Shown here piece after piece: positions 51,991 through 64,000 of a DNA stretch of 64,000 bases. The notes beneath the pieces are model-generated. The model saw nothing but the letters and a program-made list of their open reading frames with translations. It was not told where the DNA came from and ran no database searches. A program made the position numbers and the translations under genes. Source of the stretch: Octopus sinensis (lineage: Eukaryota); NCBI RefSeq assembly GCF_006345805.1, contig NC_042999.1:117614001-117678000 (forward strand), in the 5' to 3' direction. Within the stretch, counting starts at the first letter, position 1. Each line of letters begins with the position of its first letter.

Positions 51991-52790
51991 AAGGCGGCGA
52001 GCTGGTAGAAACGTTTGCACGCCGGGAGAAATGCGTAGCCGTTATTTCGTCTGCCGTTACGTTCTGAGTTCAAATTCCGCCGAGGTCGATTTTGCCTTTC
52101 ATCCTTTCAGCGTCGATTAAATAAGTACCAGTTACGTACTGGAGTCGATATAATCGACTTAATCGGTTTGTCTGTCCTTGTTTGTCCTCTCTGTGTTTAG
52201 CCCCTTGTGAGTAGTAAAGAAATAGGTATTTCATCTGCCGTTCTGAGTTCAAATTCCGCCGAGGTTTACTTTGCCTTTCATCCTTTCGGGGTCGATTAAA
52301 TAAGTACCAGTCACGCACTGGGGTCGATGTAATCGACTTAATCCCTTGATTGTCCCTTCTATGTTTAGACCCCCAGTTGGCAATTAAGAACTAAATATTA
52401 TTCCGTTTTTCAGGCGGCGAGCTGGCAGGAACGTTAGCACGCCGGGCGAAATGCTTAGTGATATTTCATCTGCCGTTCTGAGTTCAAATTCCGCCGAGGT
52501 CGACTTTGCCTTTCATCCTTTAGGGGTCGATAAATTAAGTACCAGTTACACACTGGGGTCGATATAATCGACTTAATCCGTCTGTCTGTCCTTGTTTAGT
52601 CCCTTGTGGGTAGTAAAGAAATAGGTATTTCATCTGTCCTTCTGTTCTGAGTTCAAATTCCGTAAAGGCCGACGTTGACTTTCATCCTTTCAGGGTCGGT
52701 AAATTTGTTGCGTACTGGAGTCGATCTAAGCCACTGGCCCCCTCCTCAAAAATTTCGGGTCTTGTATCTAGAGTAGTAAAGAATATTATT
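51991..52790 (+). mobile_element. Tandem array of four OK-like SINE units (full, headless, full, headless)
   Basis: Units start at about 51991, 52227, 52411 and 52626. Headless units join at gaaatagg|tatttcatctg. Confidence 0.9.
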
Positions 52791-53101
52791 TCATTTCCTC
52801 AAGTTCTTTGTACCTATTTTGATTCCTCTCAGCTAACTATTAACTCTCTATACTGTTGTCTTTGATACTAGTTCATACACGCATACATAGGTACCTTTTC
52901 ACATGCACATACATATACGCACATATAAAATCTTTATCGCATACAAGTATATATATATATTCAGTTGTTGATATATGTAATATAGTGAAATTTAAACAGA
53001 AAAGGTCGAGTATACTGAAGGTAATATAAAATGAATTCTATTCTCTAATCCAATCCAGTCAAATCTGTGTACTTGTCTGTTTGTTAGCATATCTATAACC
53101 G

Positions 53102-53137
<36 letters not shown>

Positions 53138-53467
53138 ATATATTATATATATATATATATAATATATATAATATATATTAGCTGTCATACATGAGCCAAT
53201 ATTACAGATATAATTATATGAAAGCTTGAATATTTTTTATCAGCCACATAACATTATATATATATATAAGTTTGTGATGATCTTAGAAAGTATGCTGTGA
53301 CTGAACTCATTGAATCTGTTGGCATAATTTTACAACCTATTAGCTGTAGCCAAGCAGTTTCATTTGCATGCCTATAAATCTGTTGTAGCTCTCTTAAGGA
53401 ATGTAAAGGTGGGAATTATTTAAGTATCTGTTTTACTTTTCCCCTTCTCTCTGTCTCTCTCTCTCTA

Positions 53468-53511
<44 letters not shown>

Positions 53512-53979
53512 ATATAATATATATATATATAATATATATTATATATATATATATATGTATGTATATACTTTTGTATATTTGTATAGTAAGTATATACTTT
53601 ATGTAAAATCTTTTATGTAAAGTGAGGGAAGAAACAGACTTTAATTACAGCTTACAACATTTGTTTCTGTGCTCTTTCCGCAGTTTTTAGTTGTCGAGTT
53701 TTCATTCTCATATCATTACATAAAATGATTTTATAAATATATATATAAATAAATATGATTCGGTATCAGCCGTGTACTGGTACTTCCTAGGGTAGATTGC
53801 CTTGGAGGCACTTATGGATCTCTTTGAATTTCTTCTCTTTTACATTCCTTCGCATGAATATTTTCTTTCTTTACCGGGAACTCCATAAGTTCAAGTCCAC
53901 ACAAATTACAAATACCTAATTATATGTAGACTTGTAATTAAACAAAAGTATAATCAAAATAAAAATAAAAACTCCAATT

Positions 53980-54024
<45 letters not shown>

Positions 54025-54025
<1 letters not shown>

Positions 54026-55860
54026 GGTGTAGGGATCCTTAGCTTTACGGAGGTAATGCGTTCATGAGTATCTGACTGTAACGTGAAATCCCTTAATTGG
54101 AAATTAATTTTGCTATTGAGTTCCTATAGATATTTTCAAGAAAAAAAAGCAAAAGAAAGCAACAAAGAACAAGCAACACGATCACCTTTAGGCATGATCA
54201 TTTCTAAACATGCACAGTACAACATAAATACATAAAAGCACAAAAACATTCCAAGAGGAATAAAGTAAAATAATAAGAAGAATAAGAATCATAATATCGT
54301 AAGAGTACGTTCTTAACACAAAGAATGTTGACTTCTGTGTGAGGAGTGGTGGTAGAATGAACGTTACTAGGAGGTTCAAGGACACTATTTACTATCTTAT
54401 AGTGCATTACCACGAATACCAACTTGACGGGCGAAGAACGTTTCCAAAGCTGTTTGTCGTTTATGACACATCATCTCTTTGTTCAACTTAATGTAGGAAC
54501 TGAGCTCAATGTTAACTCTTCTTATAATTTTTGTTACGTTCACGATAAGGATCTTTATCAGCAAAAATCTGCAAACCTTTTTCTATAAGTACCAACCATT
54601 TATTGGTAACTTTTGCAGTCAATTTAAGTGGTTCAATTAGAAATTATGTCGTTGTCACATCTATATTCTCAGCTCGTTCTTTTTCAAACAGCACCAGCCC
54701 CTCCTTAGATAAACTGCCTATCTGAGGCACCAGTAATTCAGTCACAACATTTCCATGACTTCTTCAATTCCTACACCTTTTGCAAGAATCGCTGTAACTT
54801 TCCTTCTGCTTATGGAAAACATGTAATGTCACCGATAGAATCTGTCTATATATTTTTCGAAGCACTGTTTTAAGCTAAAGGTTTCACTTCATCCCATGAA
54901 TCAACTATATTATCCACAGCATCCATTATGCTGAATTTCTTCCAGAAATTTCCTACTGTAGGTTTATACTCCCTGCTAATTTATTTCATAAGTTGTTTGC
55001 CTTGAGCTAGCTGACACTCTGATCCATTGGGTGGAGCAAAGAATTTGTATTCTTGGGGATATATTCTGCTCTCACGTTATCAGAATAGTCATCTAAGTTC
55101 GTTGGAATGGTCGGTGTATTGTCTAAAAGAAGCAATGCTTTGTTGTAAATATCAAACCTGGCACTGTCCTTTTCTATTGCAGGACAAAAACGTTTGTAGA
55201 CTACTCTTTGAAAAGACACCTTTTCCTCAATACTTTCTTATTTGAACGTCAAATAAGAGGCAGATTAAACTTTGTGTAACCCTTGAGAGCTCTCGAATTT
55301 CAGAGTGATACACATGTTCGGGCTTTAATTGCATATCACCGGCGGCAATTCCTCTCAAAACAAGTAAGTGTTAGATGATATTTCACGAAGTTTTGAAATC
55401 CTGATGCTGATTTTTTCTCAAGAAATAAAAGTTCTAGCAGGTACGCACTTCCAGAAAGATGGAGTTTCATGAACAATGCACATTTGCTCTGATTTGTAGC
55501 CCACTTCAGCAATCATTTTCTTCATCTACTCAGGATAACTGGTAACAGCCTCTCTATTAATAATCGCAGTTTCACCAGCCATTTTTATGTTGAGTAAATT
55601 CATGCCCGTAAACTTTTCACGCCAGAATTTACCAGGCAAAAAGGGTTTATAATTAGAAGATTCATCTTCCTTTTTCTGAAAAATCATCATATAAAAATTT
55701 AGTCTCAAGTGAATTCTCATTGACGTAAGATCAAAGACAAATTCAACTTTTAACATACTCTAGTTAACCACATTTCCTTTAATTTGAAATGGACTTGCTT
55801 CTCTTTTTCATGGTATGTATTACTATTGTTATTGGTGGTTATGCTGGAGCTCATGACAGA
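54025..55860 (-). mobile_element. Tigger/pogo-like transposon, decayed
   Basis: NKALLLLDNTPTIP...AEYIPKNTNSLLHPMDQSV (pogo DDE motifs LLLDNAP and PNTTSLIQPMDQG); candidate TIR caggtg..ccttagctttacg at 54025. Confidence 0.7.
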
Positions 55861-56091
55861 CACACATTCAAGCATACATAGATACATAGACATACAATCA
55901 TATATATATATATATATATATATATACAAAATTAAGAGGAATGACCACTAAAGTGGACACCTAATATGCTAAACATAGACGTCAAATCGCTTTTACCACG
56001 AAGAATGTGTTTTCAAGAAAAAATCTCAGCAAAACGCCAAAATGTAAAAATGAGCAAGACAAATGAAAATATACGAAACAAAAACGATTAC

Positions 56092-56170
56092 CTACGTACC
56101 ATTGGTTTCACTTGTTTAATATCTACGTATGGAAATACGCACGAAGATATCTGCAAGATCGTCAGTGTAA
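56092..56170 (-). ncRNA. Type I hammerhead, mutated copy
   Basis: TTACA-CTGACGA-stem II-GAAA-CC-aat-GG-T-A-CGTAG. The first stem I pair is broken and stem II has an insertion. Confidence 0.5.
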
Positions 56171-56201
56171 CTTCTGGAAATTGTGTTTTGTAAGCGACAG
56201 A

Positions 56202-56275
56202 TTACGCTGATGATCTTGCAGATATCTACGTGTTTATATACGTAGATATTAACAAGTGAAACCAATGGTACGTAG
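56202..56275 (+). ncRNA. Type I hammerhead ribozyme with long stem II (GUA site after 56270)
   Basis: TTACG-CTGATGA-[T.T, CTTG/CAAG, 2x2 loop, 13-bp hairpin]-GAAA-CC-aat-GG-T-A-CGTAG. Confidence 0.75.
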
Positions 56276-56535
56276 GTAATCGTTTTTCATTTCGTATATT
56301 TTCATTTGTCTTGCACATTTTTACATTCTTTGTGGTATTGGCGATTTTACATCTATGTTTAGCATGTTAGGTGTCCACGTTTGTGGTCATTCCTCTTAAT
56401 TTTGTATGTAACACAATTAAAAATCTTCATTTTTTTTTAAATATGCTAAGCCACTGGGTTTAATTGATTAATATCAATTTCTACCCTTATTATTTGATTA
56501 TATATATATATATATATATATGTATAATATATATA

Positions 56536-56628
<93 letters not shown>

Positions 56629-56728
56629 ACGTCACAAGGCACTTAGCGGTATTAAAAATTTGCAAAAGCTTGGTACATACTACCAAGTCATATTCACCCA
56701 TGATTGATGACCATGATGTATATATACA

Positions 56729-56813
<85 letters not shown>

Positions 56814-57619
56814 GTGTTGTGTGTGTGTGTGTGTTGTATGTATATATAATATATAAATAGTGCATATCCATGAAATTGCGCGCTTGTGTTTATGAATCTA
56901 ATTTTGTAAGCCTGTTGATGTCTATGCATGTAAATATATACCTATGAACACACTATGCTTGACAAATAAAATGATTCTGTTCAATGACTTCTAAATGGCT
57001 TTTCCCTACATCTCTTAGTTGTGGTTATTATCGCATATATTCCCATTTACTGGCTTGAAATTATATACTTCCGTCCTTGTTATACTATTCTGATGAACAC
57101 TCACATTTATGATTGACTACTATAGTTAGTACATTGAATATTTGAAGCAAAATGGTAGTTATTTGATCTGGCGCCTAATAATGAGAAAACGGCTTCCTTT
57201 CGTACACAGATATTGCTCAGTTGTTTCAGACTTCTAATGGTTGATTCATTGAAGAAAAAAAAAAAGAGCAGAAAACAGAAAATGCACAAATAATTTCGGC
57301 AACGTAATTTTTAAACAAGTCATGTAAGAAGAAAATTGTAGCTTGCTGTTATTGTATTTCTGATTCTTATTATATCAAGAATATACGTGTACACATAAGA
57401 GTATACTGGCATAAACAAATGCATATACACATACACATGCACATATCCTTGTTAGATTATTCGTGTAAATGAGTAAGGACTGGATACCTTGGACTGGCAT
57501 GGAGTTGTATAATATATGTATAATTATTTCTCTCCCTCTCTCGTTATATATATAATATATATATATATATATAATTATATATATATATATATGTATATGT
57601 ATATATACATGGATATATA

Positions 57620-58092
57620 TGGAAGCACTCCGTCGGTTACGACGATGAGGGTTCCGGTTGATCCGATCAACGGAACAGCCTGCTCGTGAAATTAACGTGT
57701 AAGTGGCTGAACACTCCACAGACACGTGCACCCTTAACGTAGTTCTCAGGGATATTCAGCGTGACACAGAGAGTGACAAGGCCGGCCCCTTGAAATACAG
57801 GTACAAAGAAACAGGAAGTAAGAGTGAGAGAAAGTTGTGGTGAAAGAGTACAGCAGGGATCACCACCATCCCCTGCCGGAGCCTCGTGGAGCTTTAGGTG
57901 TTTTCGCTCAATAAACACTCACAAACCGCGATCCCATGATCGCGAGTCCGCTGCCCTAACCACTGGGCCATTGCACCATCCCCTGCCGGAGCCTCGTGGA
58001 GCTTTAGGGTTTTTCGCTCAATAAACACTCACAAACCGCGATCCCATGATCGCGAGTCCGCTGCCCTAACCACTGGGCCATTGCGCCTCCAC
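57620..58092 (-). mobile_element. SINE (OR-like) with tandemly duplicated 110-bp head
   Basis: 57864-57973 and 57974-58083 are near-identical. Body ...gagcaggctgttccgttgatcggatcaaccgg...gtgcttcca. Confidence 0.9.
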
Positions 58093-58135
<43 letters not shown>

Positions 58136-58163
58136 ACATATATACATACACACACACACACAC

Positions 58164-58236
<73 letters not shown>

Positions 58237-59557
58237 CATATATATATATAGTATGTTATGGCAAAGTTAGATTTACGATTTCTACTGTATGAGTTAGAGC
58301 TCCACGTAGATTAACTTCATACTGTCAACATCCAGTATAGTGGTTAGTCGAACACTGTACTTACCAATGTTACTTGTTATGATATACAGAGCATACTAAG
58401 CTGAAGTAAAGATAAACTCCAGTATAAATATTTAGTTTGCACGCACATTTTACTATTCCACTTATTCGGAACTATACTTGAATGTTCCACATGCATTTAG
58501 ATTCCAAACTGGCATAGATGGTTCATCAGGAGAATATTGTATTGCATCCTGCTGCTGAGTTGAAATATATAAAGCTAGCCACATTGCCAGGTAATTTATT
58601 AGTATGGAGAAAATTAGAAAGAAAGCAAGCAAGTGGTGGAGAGAAAAAAATAAAGGGAAGAGTGAATAAGTGGTGGAGAAAAAGGAAGAGATGAAGACTG
58701 AATATGCTGTGTGTATAAGATCACTTGACGGCACAAAAAATTGCAATTATCTCCACACCTTCACAGCTGACAACACCAGGCCAATGTGGGCAGATGTTAT
58801 ATGCAGCGATATGCCGCTCTGCTAAGCAGGAATATATGACGCTAAGCATACATCTGAACTGTGGAATGGTACTTGGGCAACCTCCGGTGTCTTCAGAGAA
58901 ACTCAATTGGTTTGAGCTCCTAGGTGTACTGTATGAGCAGGAGACTGATGTGCGTGCAGATTCTCCTTAATTGTTAATGAAAACTGGCGATAGTCTAGCC
59001 TCTGTTTCTAATTGGTAAGGTTGCGAGGAAAACAAATGGCATGTCTCCAGCTAAGGCTTTAACGGTCCTCTTTAGGTAGTTGTCGGTTTTCCATACTTCT
59101 TCCATGGAATACGAACACTTCGGTAGTTTCAGGCGTACGGATGGTATAATATAGGTAGGGTACTTTCAGTTTTCTGCCCACGTATGTGCGTCCCTTTCTG
59201 AAGTGCAATGGAGCCAGCAAGGTCTTCATTCATTGATGATAATAGACATTTTTCGAACCACATACGCCAGAGTTTCTATAGTGGCAATGGTGGTATCATA
59301 GATTTACGACAATGAAATACCACCACTTACGTGGCTCTAGATAATCGGGCGGTGGAGTATAAGCGGAAGCATTTGTAATTCTCTACTGCCTGCTTAATGC
59401 ATCCCTTTTGTAATACTGTGTGATTGGGGTCATTGGCTTCATTGATTAGCGGTGGAGAACTTCATGATAATTCTATGCATTATCTGTTGTCATATTTCTT
59501 TCCTTATATCATTCTTCTTTCATTTATATATCTGGCTATTGTTAGGTTATCACTAAT

Positions 59558-59797
<240 letters not shown>

Positions 59798-59929
59798 ATT
59801 GGTGAATTGAAGAAATGGAGCTGAACGCAGATTGAACAGAATCGTTTTATTTCATTCTACACGTGTTTCGAAAGGCACAAATTAACTTTTGATTAATCTA
59901 CTACAAGATTATTCATCTTTCTATTTCAC

Positions 59930-59971
<42 letters not shown>

Positions 59972-60131
59972 AGGACATCTGGTATCTTACTTAAATAAGT
60001 AGGCCATAAATGAGCCGTCCTTCTTTTTTTCTCCTGTCCTTCTAATTGTTGTTTCTCCTGTCCGCCTTTGTATCGTGTATCTGTCCGAATGATTTATTAT
60101 CATCTATTGCATTTTTGTTCCATGATATATA

Positions 60132-60164
<33 letters not shown>

Positions 60165-60243
60165 CTTAAGCATATTACTCTACCACTGGTATTTGAGTAC
60201 TCTTTTTTCCGCCTTGTTTCACATTTATGTGTTACTCCGGTAT

Positions 60244-60336
<93 letters not shown>

Positions 60337-60549
60337 TACAGAGCGAGAGAAGGAGATGATGCTCATTTCAGAAGTTTTGAGACTTTTAGGAGAGACAGTT
60401 ATAACGTCCTAGATTATTTTAGTCTATCATTAATACACATCTAATAGACTGAACTGTCAACATTTTTATCCCAGATTGGAGGAGACGGCTGTAACAACAC
60501 CTTCAACACCCTACTAGACAATCTTTTCATAAAGACAATCTTTTCATAA

Positions 60550-61295
60550 AGACAATTTGGAAGCTAGTTATGCAAATAAAGTTTTGTGTTAAGCTGGCCA
60601 AAATCAATACAGAAACTCATAAAATGCATGAAACTGATTATAGATTAATTTATATGGGCCATGCATCTATTATTCACTGGTACAACAGGTTCAAGGACGG
60701 TAGAGAAGAGCGAGAGACAATGAGAGATGTGGGAAGGAGTGGGAGGCCAGAACATAAGATCTAGTTGAGAAACTTTTCCGGGTGAAGACCGTCGTATGGC
60801 TATGAAAACAACTAACCTACAGTTCCGAGTTAGTACGTAACTGCAGTAACACAGAATTATTCGTGAGGGTCTGAATTTGCGCAGAATTTGTGCAGAGTTT
60901 GTTACCATGTCGTTAAGCTTCTTGACCTTAATCGAGGAGTAACCTACAAGGTAACCTATGGGAAATTTTGAGTTCCAAGACAGAAAGTGCTCAATGCAAG
61001 TAACCTGGTTTTCTGAATTTCTCAGATCCATGATCTCTAAGCAAAGCAAGTACAACGGGATCAACATGAGGAAAACCCTTTGCGGCAGCAAGGTATAAGA
61101 TGCATTTGATGGGTTTCTTCTGTGGAGGTTTAGAGAGAATTCAGGAAGAGATATCATCACGAAAGGCCAAAGTTCTGGTACATACACCAGGGCAATGCAC
61201 CAAACCATATTCCCATCCTACTAAGCAAATACTTGACAGAAATGGACATCGAAATTATCTCTTACTCAGCATAGAGTCAAGACTTTGCTCTTTGT
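60550..61295 (+). mobile_element. Mariner transposase remnant
   Basis: MQIKFCVKLAKINTETHKM..IIHWYNRFKDGRE..DVGRSGRP; the 3' part is cut at about 61296 by a PLE-type repeat. Confidence 0.7.
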
Positions 61296-61322
61296 GAGAA
61301 GTAAGAAGCAGAGTTGAGGGTG

Positions 61323-61373
61323 GCATTTACGATCGTTTCGATTTACTGGAGTAAGTAGATCTCTTCAGAAAGC
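61323..61373 (-). ncRNA. Type I hammerhead, inverted partner copy
   Basis: GCTTT-CTGAAGA-GATCTAC-ttactcca-GTAAATC-GAAA-CGATCG-T-A-AATGC, with one mismatch each in stems I and II. Confidence 0.7.
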
Positions 61374-62063
61374 GAAGGATGCGAAAATGGTTGATCCAGA
61401 TGTGATGGTAATGTAAACAAATTGGTAATTCTTACATTGAAATATTGTTCTTGCACTGGTAAATTCGCTGGGTAGAGGTTTGCTTGTGGTAGATTGGTTA
61501 GTTTCGTTGGGTAATGAGAAATGGTGAGTATTATTTAAGTGCGGGTTACCTCGTGTAATTAAGCACATTTTTTCTCACGTGTTCATCTCGTATTATAGAT
61601 TTTGGCACCGACGGTGTAAGTGAAGAGGGGTAACTCTAGCAGGGTGAATGGAAGAGCTAAGTTTTACCAAATATTGGTAAATCTAATAATTGGTTTATTA
61701 CAAGAGTTTAGGAATTTCTTAGTGCTAGGGAGGGCCCTAAACATTTGCAAGGTGTATTATTATGGAATGTTTGGGGCGAGTGGGTATGTAGGGTGACTAT
61801 TCGTGTGTTTTATGTGTTACTCTGTTAATTAGAGTTATATAGATGAGTATTCTAGTTTGGGATTATGAAGGCATAGAGGGCTGCATGAGGACAATGGAGG
61901 CTATTCTACTGGTATTTCGAAAATGCATACTGGACCACGTGGAGACAAAAAATGTTGTTCTCAAATTTCCTGTTGACAAGATTTTGTTTAACCGTAATTT
62001 TATATTAGCATCACATATGTATCAATCATTTTCGCATCCTAACCGATGCATCTATATATACTC

Positions 62064-62114
62064 GTATTCTGAAGAGATTTACTTACTCCAGTAAATCGAA
62101 ACGATCGTAAATGC
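62064..62114 (+). ncRNA. Canonical type I hammerhead ribozyme (GUA site after 62109)
   Basis: GTATT-CTGAAGA-GATTTAC-ttactcca-GTAAATC-GAAA-CGATCG-T-A-AATGC: 5-bp stem I, perfect 7-bp stem II with G10.1-C11.1, palindromic ACGATCGT stem III. Confidence 0.85.
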
Positions 62115-62376
62115 CACCCGCATCTCTGCTTCTTACTTCTTTGCTACCTATTTAATTAAAGACATACCAGCGTAAACCATGTGTTTCCCATTGTTATTAA
62201 ATCCATTTTCTTCTCTTATGTAACCTAAACTCAGGTTTACCAACCGAACCACTTGCTACCGTGCTATCTTTCAAAAAGCTGTACCTACCCAGCTAATAGC
62301 GAAGAGCGACTCCAGATTTAATTATCCCTTAGAAATATTAAACTCCTCTAACTTGATACCTACACACACACACACA

Positions 62377-62419
<43 letters not shown>

Positions 62420-63518
62420 ATATATATATATACACAAAAATATTAATTATAATAATTATAATAAAGGGTAAAATCAATAATAATTTTACCAGGTAATCAG
62501 TCCGGAAATAAAAACCTCATAGCTAAATTTTATAAAATATTTTATAATTATAGGCATAATTATAACTGTCCGAATGTTGTGGTCTCACTTGTTACGTTCT
62601 TGTTCCATTTTCTGTTTTGATTTTTATATATACATATAGCGGCGTACGTACAACTCCTGTATGTAAGTACATATATATATAAATTTTGTGCGACTCCTAC
62701 TCTTTCCCCTAACCACTTTCACACTTTATTTGTTCCTTCTACATTTCGTTTTCTCGCTTCCATCCTCTCTCACATTTTTCGGACTCCCTGCATTCTCATC
62801 ACTTTCCTTCCTCCTTTACCTCAGTCTGTCCCTTTCCGTTTTTCTCTCTTTCTCGCCCCTCCCTAATTCTTCAATCCCTGTATCTATCACCTCCCTCCCC
62901 TCCTTCCACGTGAGTGGTGTTCGGCCTAGCCTGACTTTTCTTGATTCGACTACCAGCCGTGCAGTATCTCTCGTATTTCTTCGTATTTCATCTTCTATGT
63001 TCCTGCCGTAAGGCTTCACTTCCACACACACCAACTTAATTTAATTCGTCCTTAGTCGAAAGACACCTGTTGTTAATGTCCTGCTTTTGCATTTGCAATT
63101 ATATACTATTTCTCCGTTTGTTTTCTTTTCGTCCTTGTTTTCGTATACATCCGCTTACTTTCTTCCAAAGAATCTAGCGCTCTTAGCTTAGATTTACTTG
63201 GGGCCGACCAGATTAGGGCAGTCTCGAGATGAACTGGCATATATATATATACATATACACACACATTTATTTATACAGACGTATATATATGTATATATAC
63301 ATACATATACACACACACATATATGAATACATATACATGCATATATAGACGCGTGAACACATAAATGTAATGCTCGCTCTGTAGCTATTCCATAGCCTTT
63401 TTGCAACTAACCACCAACCTTCAATATTTAATTGAACTCCCATTGTTCAGAGCCGGATGAACATTCCGCATACTTTTTAAAATTTATTTTTTTATCTGCA
63501 GATTTTTCATTTCTCTCT

Positions 63519-63554
<36 letters not shown>

Positions 63555-63719
63555 GACTTGCTTTTGGTTTTATCATATTTCTTTTGCTTCTTCGTTTCTA
63601 CTTATTCGTTCCCATATTCGTAATTTGTTTTAGTTTTCTTATGTCTCTCCATTTTTTCCTACGTTTTCTTCTCGCTGTTCTTTAATTTTATCACCTCCTC
63701 TCCTCCTCCTCTTCCTCTT

Positions 63720-63725
63720 TTACTG

Positions 63726-63774
<49 letters not shown>

Positions 63775-63790
63775 CACTACTACTACTACT
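63720..63790. repeat. (CTA)n microsatellite
   Basis: Seen directly. Confidence 0.95.
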
Positions 63791-64000
63791 CATCTTTCGT
63801 CTAATCTATTCTTTCATTTCTCTTACTAGGGCATAATTTAAGACATTCATAAATATATAAACACTTACTTTCTATGATCTGAATTCAAAATATCTGCCAA
63901 TATCGTCTCACACACATAAACCCCTATCATTTGCATCCGCATGACAAAATGGTTTCTTATATAAATATCTACAATATCTATATTTCTTGCACAGATGAAA

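Larger units (their letters stand above)
55925..56406. mobile_element. Foldback element (arms 55925-56170 and 56202-56406, 31-bp spacer) carrying two hammerheads
   Basis: tacaaaattaagaggaatgaccac... is reverse-complementary to ...gtggtcattcctcttaattttgta along the whole arm. Confidence 0.9.
61297..62140 (-). mobile_element. Decayed PLE fragment flanked by inverted HHR-containing repeats (61297-61395 and 62021-62140)
   Basis: Arms are reverse complements. The interior minus frame FRALPSTKKFLNSCNKPIIRFTN resembles a PLE RT-to-EN linker. Confidence 0.7.

Noticed and set aside
58040-58092. tRNA-like sequences here and at other SINE heads
   Set aside because: No complete cloverleaf, and each continues into a SINE body, so they are not tRNA genes.
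59851-59872. Minus-strand GAAA-CACGTG-TA (palindromic stem III-like)
   Set aside because: No CUGANGA core or stem II upstream; at most a fossil half-motif.

Overview
This is AT-rich, repeat-dominated eukaryotic DNA, most likely from an octopus or other cephalopod. That assignment is inferred from the tRNA-derived SINE families, which resemble the octopus OK/OR SINEs, and from the dense (TA)n/(CA)n microsatellites. No complete protein-coding gene is supported. Nearly all ORF-track entries are microsatellite or antisense artefacts, and there are only short candidate exons of an unidentified host gene. The window holds many SINE copies, decayed mariner, maT, Tigger and Chapaev-like DNA transposons, decayed LINEs (Tx1/L1-like, RTE-like, R4/Dong-like) and several Penelope-like element (PLE) fragments with GIY-YIG domains. 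The main signal is one recurring architecture. At five loci (17.4-18.8, 28.6-29.8, 30.1-31.0, 55.9-56.4 and 61.3-62.1 kb) sequence-unrelated repeats form divergent inverted duplications carrying type I hammerhead ribozyme (HHR) folds that read outward, usually into microsatellites. These include a canonical HHR (62064-62114), a U3-A8 covariant minimal HHR, two families sharing a U.U pair at the base of stem II, and a 560-bp HHR unit with no recognisable coding capacity present as tandem and circularly permuted copies (retrozyme-like). All folds were worked out by hand and none has been tested for cleavage.
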